Below are positions 59,793-64,000 of a stretch of 64,000 bases of DNA, piece after piece. Made by a program: the position numbers and the translations under genes. The notes under the pieces were generated by a model, which had not been told where the DNA came from, did no database searches, and saw only the letters and a program-made list of their open reading frames with translations. How positions within the stretch are numbered: the first letter of the stretch is position 1; each line of letters starts with the position of its first letter. The stretch is from Daejeonella sp. Lineage in GTDB: Bacteria > Bacteroidota > Bacteroidia > Sphingobacteriales > Sphingobacteriaceae. Location: NCBI RefSeq assembly GCF_017495225.1, contig NZ_JAFEIG010000015.1, positions 35,957-99,956 of the forward strand. The letters are read 5' to 3'.

Positions 59793-60653
59793 TTAAAAAC
59801 TTTTAACAATGCTATTATGTAAAGTTTTGGTATCCCAATATCCACTTGCAATGATCCTTCTTATGGTAAACAGGGGATCATTTTCATCTCTTTTTTCTGC
59901 TAAAATAAATGCTGAACTGAAGCCTCTTTTCTTTAATTCTGGGATAGCTTCTTTATTCCATAATCCAAATGGGTAGGCAAAATATTTCACTTCTTTACCC
60001 GTAATTTCTTGCAATGTTTTTGTTGGCTTTTCTATCTGTGTTGCCCAATCCTCACCCTGGTATTTTTTCACATTTTGATGATCGTAAGTATGCGAACCAA
60101 TAACATGACCAGCATCAGATAATTCTTTTATTTGTGCCTTGCTCATATAATTTGGTTTGCCAATTGAGACCGTCATGATAAAAAATACGCCCTTAAAACC
60201 ATATTTATTCATTTCTGGAATGGCAGCGGTGTATTGATCTAGTTTAGTATCGTCAAAGGTTAACATGATAGGCTTTTTAGGCAGTTTCTTTCCATAAACT
60301 AAATAATCGTAGAGTTGGTCTGGTAAAATAGTTTGATAGCCACTGTCGGCAAGCATTTTCATTTGCGATTTAAACTCTGCCATCGGAACGATATAATCTT
60401 TACCCATTTTTCCATCTGTAGCTGTCCAATTTCTAATTTGATGATAACATAAAATAGGTACTTGCGGTTTGGCAAGAATTTCGGCAGCGCTTGCCGCTTT
60501 TTGATTTTCTAAAGCTTCCTGATTTCCGCTTTCTTCCTGATTTATCTTATTGTTATCATTGTTTTTTGCTGCCTTGGGTGCTGAATTTTGCTGACATGAA
60601 CTCAGAGCAAGCATAAAAATTATTAAAGGAACTAAGATGGATTTTGTTTTCAT
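59793..60653 (-). CDS. Polysaccharide deacetylase (CE4) lipoprotein
   Basis: Lipobox LSSC, PILCYH, TFDD, GSHTYDH, FAYPFG. Confidence 0.9.
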   Translation of the reverse strand: MKTKSILVPLIIFMLALSSCQQNSAPKAAKNNDNNKINQEESGNQEALENQKAASAAEILAKPQVPILCYHQIRNWTATDGKMGKDYIVPMAEFKSQMKMLADSGYQTILPDQLYDYLVYGKKLPKKPIMLTFDDTKLDQYTAAIPEMNKYGFKGVFFIMTVSIGKPNYMSKAQIKELSDAGHVIGSHTYDHQNVKKYQGEDWATQIEKPTKTLQEITGKEVKYFAYPFGLWNKEAIPELKKRGFSSAFILAEKRDENDPLFTIRRIIASGYWDTKTLHNSIVKSF

Positions 60654-60802
60654 GGCTTATTTAAATATCGGCTTTTAATTTGTTTGCGAAAATAGTCAAA
60701 ATTGACTCATTGTGAACGCCAAAGCGTGTAAAAATAGTATTGAAATGCAAGGAATAAATCGTTTGATAATAATTGCATTACCTTTGCATTTTAAATGGCA
60801 AA

Positions 60803-62104
60803 ATGATAGAGAAGGTATTAAAGAATTTAAAGATTGCATCCCTCAACGATATGCAGCGTGTGGCGATTGATTCGGCTAGTGCAAAAGACACGGTAATTTT
60901 ATCGCCGACAGGCTCTGGGAAGACAATTGCGTTTTTAATACCCGTTTTAATGCGATTAGATCCTTCAAAATCTGGAATTCAAGCATTAATATTGGTGCCT
61001 TCAAGGGAATTAGCGCTCCAAATTGAACAGGTTTTTAAAGCAATGGCCACTGGTTTTAAGGTGAATTGTTTTTATGGAGGACATCCTGTCAGGACCGAAA
61101 AAAACAATTTGGTTCAGGCGCCTGCTATTGTTATTGGCACTCCCGGAAGAATGGCTTATCATATTCGCCATGAAAATTTTAATCCCGATACCATACATAG
61201 CATTGTGTTGGATGAGTTTGACAAAGCTCTTGAGTTTGGCTTTGAGGATGATATGGCCTTTATAATCAGTCGTTTAAAGAATGTAGGTCGTAGAATTTTA
61301 ACCTCCGCGACTAAAATGACGGAGATTCCAGATTTTACAGGATTGAAAAAAGCTGCCGAAGTTAATTTCCTCAGCGACTCGAATAGTCGCCCTGATTTGA
61401 GCGTTAAATCCATCATTTCTGAGGCAGCTGATAAGTTGGAGACCTTATTTTCATTGATTTGTAAAATCGGAAATCGCTCCACATTGGTTTTTTGTAACCA
61501 CCGTGAAGCTGTAGATAGGATTAGCGGATTATTATGGGATATGGGATTAGATCATGGAGTTTTTCATGGTGGGATGGAGCAAGAAGATCGTGAAAAAGCT
61601 TTATTGAAGTTCAGAAATGGAAGTTATAGCTTTTTAATTACCACAGATTTGGCTTCCCGCGGATTAGATATTCCTGAAATTGAAAATGTAATTCACTATC
61701 AATTACCACATAATGAGGAGGCTTTTGTGCATCGAAATGGGAGGACAGCAAGAATGAATGCCAGTGGAACAGCCTATGTTATTTTGACTGAAGATGAAAA
61801 ACCTGCATTTTTGAAGGATAATATTGAGATTGAAACTTTAGCAGAAAAAAATATTGTTCCCGAAAATACTGCTTGGGCAACATTATATTTAGGGGCAGGA
61901 AGGAAAGATAAAATCAATAAAATTGATATTGTCGGACTTTTAATGAAGAAGGGGAAACTTGAAAAGGATGAATTGGGTTTAATTGAAGTACAAGATTTTG
62001 CTTCCTATGCAGGCGTTAGTCGCAAGAAGATTGAAAACTTAGTCAGACTCTTTAAAAACGAGAAAATAAAGAATAAAAAAATAAAAATTGAGGTCTCAAG
62101 ATAA
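60803..62104 (+). CDS. DEAD-box RNA helicase with DbpA-type C-terminal RNA-binding domain
   Basis: PTGSGKT, PSRELA, TPGR, LDEFD, SAT, RGLD, HRNGRTAR, GRKDKI; TACCTTTG at 60779. Confidence 0.9.
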   Translation: MIEKVLKNLKIASLNDMQRVAIDSASAKDTVILSPTGSGKTIAFLIPVLMRLDPSKSGIQALILVPSRELALQIEQVFKAMATGFKVNCFYGGHPVRTEKNNLVQAPAIVIGTPGRMAYHIRHENFNPDTIHSIVLDEFDKALEFGFEDDMAFIISRLKNVGRRILTSATKMTEIPDFTGLKKAAEVNFLSDSNSRPDLSVKSIISEAADKLETLFSLICKIGNRSTLVFCNHREAVDRISGLLWDMGLDHGVFHGGMEQEDREKALLKFRNGSYSFLITTDLASRGLDIPEIENVIHYQLPHNEEAFVHRNGRTARMNASGTAYVILTEDEKPAFLKDNIEIETLAEKNIVPENTAWATLYLGAGRKDKINKIDIVGLLMKKGKLEKDELGLIEVQDFASYAGVSRKKIENLVRLFKNEKIKNKKIKIEVSR

Positions 62105-62109
62105 TAGAA

Positions 62110-62361
62110 ATGAGCAATAACGATATCATGAAAAAGCTTCGCGTAGCGCTAAAGCTTAACGATCAGGAAATCATTGAAATCCTTAAATTAGTCGATTTTT
62201 CGATTACCAGAACCGAATTGGGTGCGATATTTAGAAATAAGGAGCATGAAAATTTTAAGCCTTGTGGTGATCAGATTTTGAGAAATTTTTTAAATGGGCT
62301 GATAATTTATAAACGGGGACCGAAGCCTGTTGTGGAGCAAGGAATAAGGAGCAAGGAATAA
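62110..62361 (+). CDS. DUF1456 (YehS-like) protein
   Basis: NNDIMKKLRVAL..CGDQILRNFLNGLI..KRG. Confidence 0.88.
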   Translation: MSNNDIMKKLRVALKLNDQEIIEILKLVDFSITRTELGAIFRNKEHENFKPCGDQILRNFLNGLIIYKRGPKPVVEQGIRSKE

Positions 62362-62396
62362 AGAGCAAGGAATAAAGAGCAAGGATTAAGGAGCAA
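62335..62396. repeat. 14-bp (7+7) tandem repeat, about 4.4 copies
   Basis: GAGCAAGGAATAAG / GAGCAAGGAATAAA x2 / GAGCAAGGATTAAG / GAGCAA. Confidence 0.9.
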
Positions 62397-62461
62397 ATTG
62401 ATCCACTAGCTATAGTTGATTAAATTTTGAACGCGGAATGCGGTTTTAACGAAGGTCCCTC

Positions 62462-62526
62462 ACCTGCGGAAGGGCAGGTTTCGGGATGACATGGTTTTTT
62501 AAACGCCATGCACCTGTCATCCCGAA
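62462..62526. repeat. REP/REPIN-like nested inverted repeat
   Basis: ACCTGC/GCAGGT hairpin, then TTCGGGATGACA..TGTCATCCCGAA (12-bp perfect). Confidence 0.7.
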
Positions 62527-62568
62527 CGATTGAGGCAAATTTTGTGCTAAATTTAGGCGTTACGCATG

Positions 62569-62593
62569 TCCCCCTTAAGAGGGGGTAGGGGGA
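62569..62593. repeat. CCCCCTT..AGGGGG-type REP-like element
   Basis: TCCCCCTTAAGAGGGGGTAGGGGGA, a GC-rich island in AT-rich DNA. Confidence 0.6.
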
Positions 62594-62646
62594 GGAAACG
62601 CGTTATAAGCATTTGTATCGTCCTTAAAATTTAATTTTTAATTTAA

Positions 62647-62697
62647 TCCTGTAATGCATTTACAATTAATTTATTGTCCTGCAATGCATTTACAATT
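62647..62697. repeat. 21-bp direct repeat x2 with 30-bp period
   Basis: TCCTG(T/C)AATGCATTTACAATT at 62647 and 62677. Confidence 0.85.
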
Positions 62698-62860
62698 TTA
62701 TGAGTTTGGAGACTCCAATTATTTGCTAATTCTTAGCGATCGCTGCGCTAAAATTACAACAGCCTTTCTGTTGTAACAGGAAATCAATTTTTGTAATCGA
62801 TGGAAACTCTTCAGACAGTGAGATTTTAAAGTAAAACACACCAATTAGGGGCCTTTAAGC

Positions 62861-63469
62861 TTAATTATTTTCTTTTTGATTGGAAGTTTCCATTTCTAAT
62901 TTAACTTTTAATAAATCCTCATAAATAATTGTTGGAGTTATTCGCCAAAAATTACTTTCTTCTAATAAGGGTAATATTTCTGGCTTCATGCTTACCAATT
63001 TAGTTGTCATAAGCTCTTTTTCAATTTTTTCCAATTGGTTTAGCGTCAATATGGAATTTTGTTCTGTAAAAAAACTTACCTCTAATGTATTTCCGTTGAT
63101 ATCGGTTTTAATATCTATCATCAAACCTGCGTATTTTATACCTGCTGCAAGGGTTTCAATTTGTTGTTTGCTTATGTGATTGGCACATATCCTGCTAAGT
63201 TTGACCACATCAATAACAATGTCTGGTTTGGTCAATATTTGGCCGTGTAGTCTAGGAGAGTTCTGCTTTATATTGGTAAACCTATTATTGATGTTTTCAA
63301 TATCAATGTATTTGGTAGTTTTTTTAATTTGATAGTTAAGATTAAGGGCTTTATTTATGGATCCATCTTTTAGTTCAGCTATTGGTGTTTGAGCAAAGCA
63401 TGAACTATACAGTAATGCAAATAAACCATTAACCCAAATAGTTTTTGTAATTGATAAATACGTTTGCAT
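62861..63469 (-). CDS. Hypothetical secreted protein, tandem paralog copy 1
   Basis: 202 aa, signal peptide ..SCFA/QT; about 75% aa identity to the neighbour by manual alignment. Confidence 0.8.
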   Translation of the reverse strand: MQTYLSITKTIWVNGLFALLYSSCFAQTPIAELKDGSINKALNLNYQIKKTTKYIDIENINNRFTNIKQNSPRLHGQILTKPDIVIDVVKLSRICANHISKQQIETLAAGIKYAGLMIDIKTDINGNTLEVSFFTEQNSILTLNQLEKIEKELMTTKLVSMKPEILPLLEESNFWRITPTIIYEDLLKVKLEMETSNQKENN

Positions 63470-63489
63470 AACCTTTTAACTTAATGATG

Positions 63490-63516
63490 TTAAACGCCCC
63501 AGATAGGGGCGTTTAA
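63490..63516. terminator. 11-bp perfect hairpin between the paralogs
   Basis: TTAAACGCCCC-AGATA-GGGGCGTTTAA. Confidence 0.65.
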
Positions 63517-63530
63517 TTTTAATTAGTTTC

Positions 63531-64000
63531 TCATGGTTTAGAGGCTTCCATTTCAACTTTAACTTTTAATAAATCCTCATAATAAAATTTAGGTCTTATT
63601 TGCCAAAAATTACTTCCTTCTAATAAGGGTAATATTTCTGGCTTCATGCTTATCAATTTAGTTGTCATAAGCTCGTTTTCAATTTTTTCTAATTGGTTTA
63701 GAGTCAATATAGAGTTTTGCTCTGTAAAAAATCCTATTTCTAATGTATTGCCGTAAATATCGGTTCTGATAATAATTCTTAAACCAGTATATTTAGTACC
63801 TACTGTAAGTATCTCTAATTGTTTAGTGCTAATATGTTTGGCGCAAATTTTACTAATTTTTTCCATATCAATAACAATATCTGGTTTAGTCAGTACTTGG
63901 CCGTATAGCCCAGGAGAGTTTGGCTTTATATTGGTAAATTTATTATTGATATTATCAATTTCTATATATTTAATAGTTTTTTTAATTTGATAACTATAAT
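63531..64000 (-). CDS. Hypothetical protein, tandem paralog copy 2 (5' end beyond the window)
   Basis: Frame stays open to the window edge (..YQIKKTIKYIEIDNINNKF..); the track's start at 63866 is an internal Met. Confidence 0.8.
   Translation of the reverse strand, partial: YSYQIKKTIKYIEIDNINNKFTNIKPNSPGLYGQVLTKPDIVIDMEKISKICAKHISTKQLEILTVGTKYTGLRIIIRTDIYGNTLEIGFFTEQNSILTLNQLEKIENELMTTKLISMKPEILPLLEGSNFWQIRPKFYYEDLLKVKVEMEASKP

Noticed and set aside
63470-63530. Integron attC site between the tandem paralogs
   Set aside because: No proper RYYYAAC/GTTRRRY pair, too short and no integrase; better read as a terminator-like hairpin
63531-63533. Selenocysteine or programmed read-through at TGA
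   Set aside because: Aligned residue is Lys; no SECIS-like hairpin directly 3' and no redox motif

Overview
64 kb of AT-rich Bacteroidota chromosome, Sphingobacteriaceae/Pedobacter-like by inference (TAnnTTTG promoters, T9SS cargo, DUF4290/DUF2911/HYC_CC_PP families). Left: two FadF/HdrD-like Fe-S genes and tRNA-Phe. Then a ~27 kb accessory-looking block: 2 AT-rich orphans, 3 Cys-type sulfatases, a heavy-metal RND efflux operon, an HGSNAT/amidohydrolase/GH109 trio, a PLP transsulfuration enzyme, T9SS type-B cargo, a P-type ATPase and ppsA. Core genes follow: histone-H1-like gene missed by the ORF track, tRNA-Leu-tig-clpP-clpX, amn, CBS, murA, uvrD/pcrA, peptidases, slyD, GH20, ABC-F, DEAD-box helicase. 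The most unusual system is the efflux operon. Its CusA-type pump appears genuinely split into two overlapping genes in the TM4-TM5 loop, with an SD-like AGGAGG at the junction, two different membrane-fusion proteins, three CPMHP metal-binding domains and an upstream HYC_CC_PP gene. Other notable structure: a 6-unit 30-bp REP-derived array (37.1-37.3 kb), two 7/14-bp periodic repeats, a palindrome-dense REP mosaic (62.4-62.8 kb), two perfect Fnr-type boxes, and a 658-bp-period tandem of diverging secreted paralogs running off the right edge. No integrase, transposase, CRISPR or rRNA was seen. All family calls come from motif recognition by eye, not from database searches.
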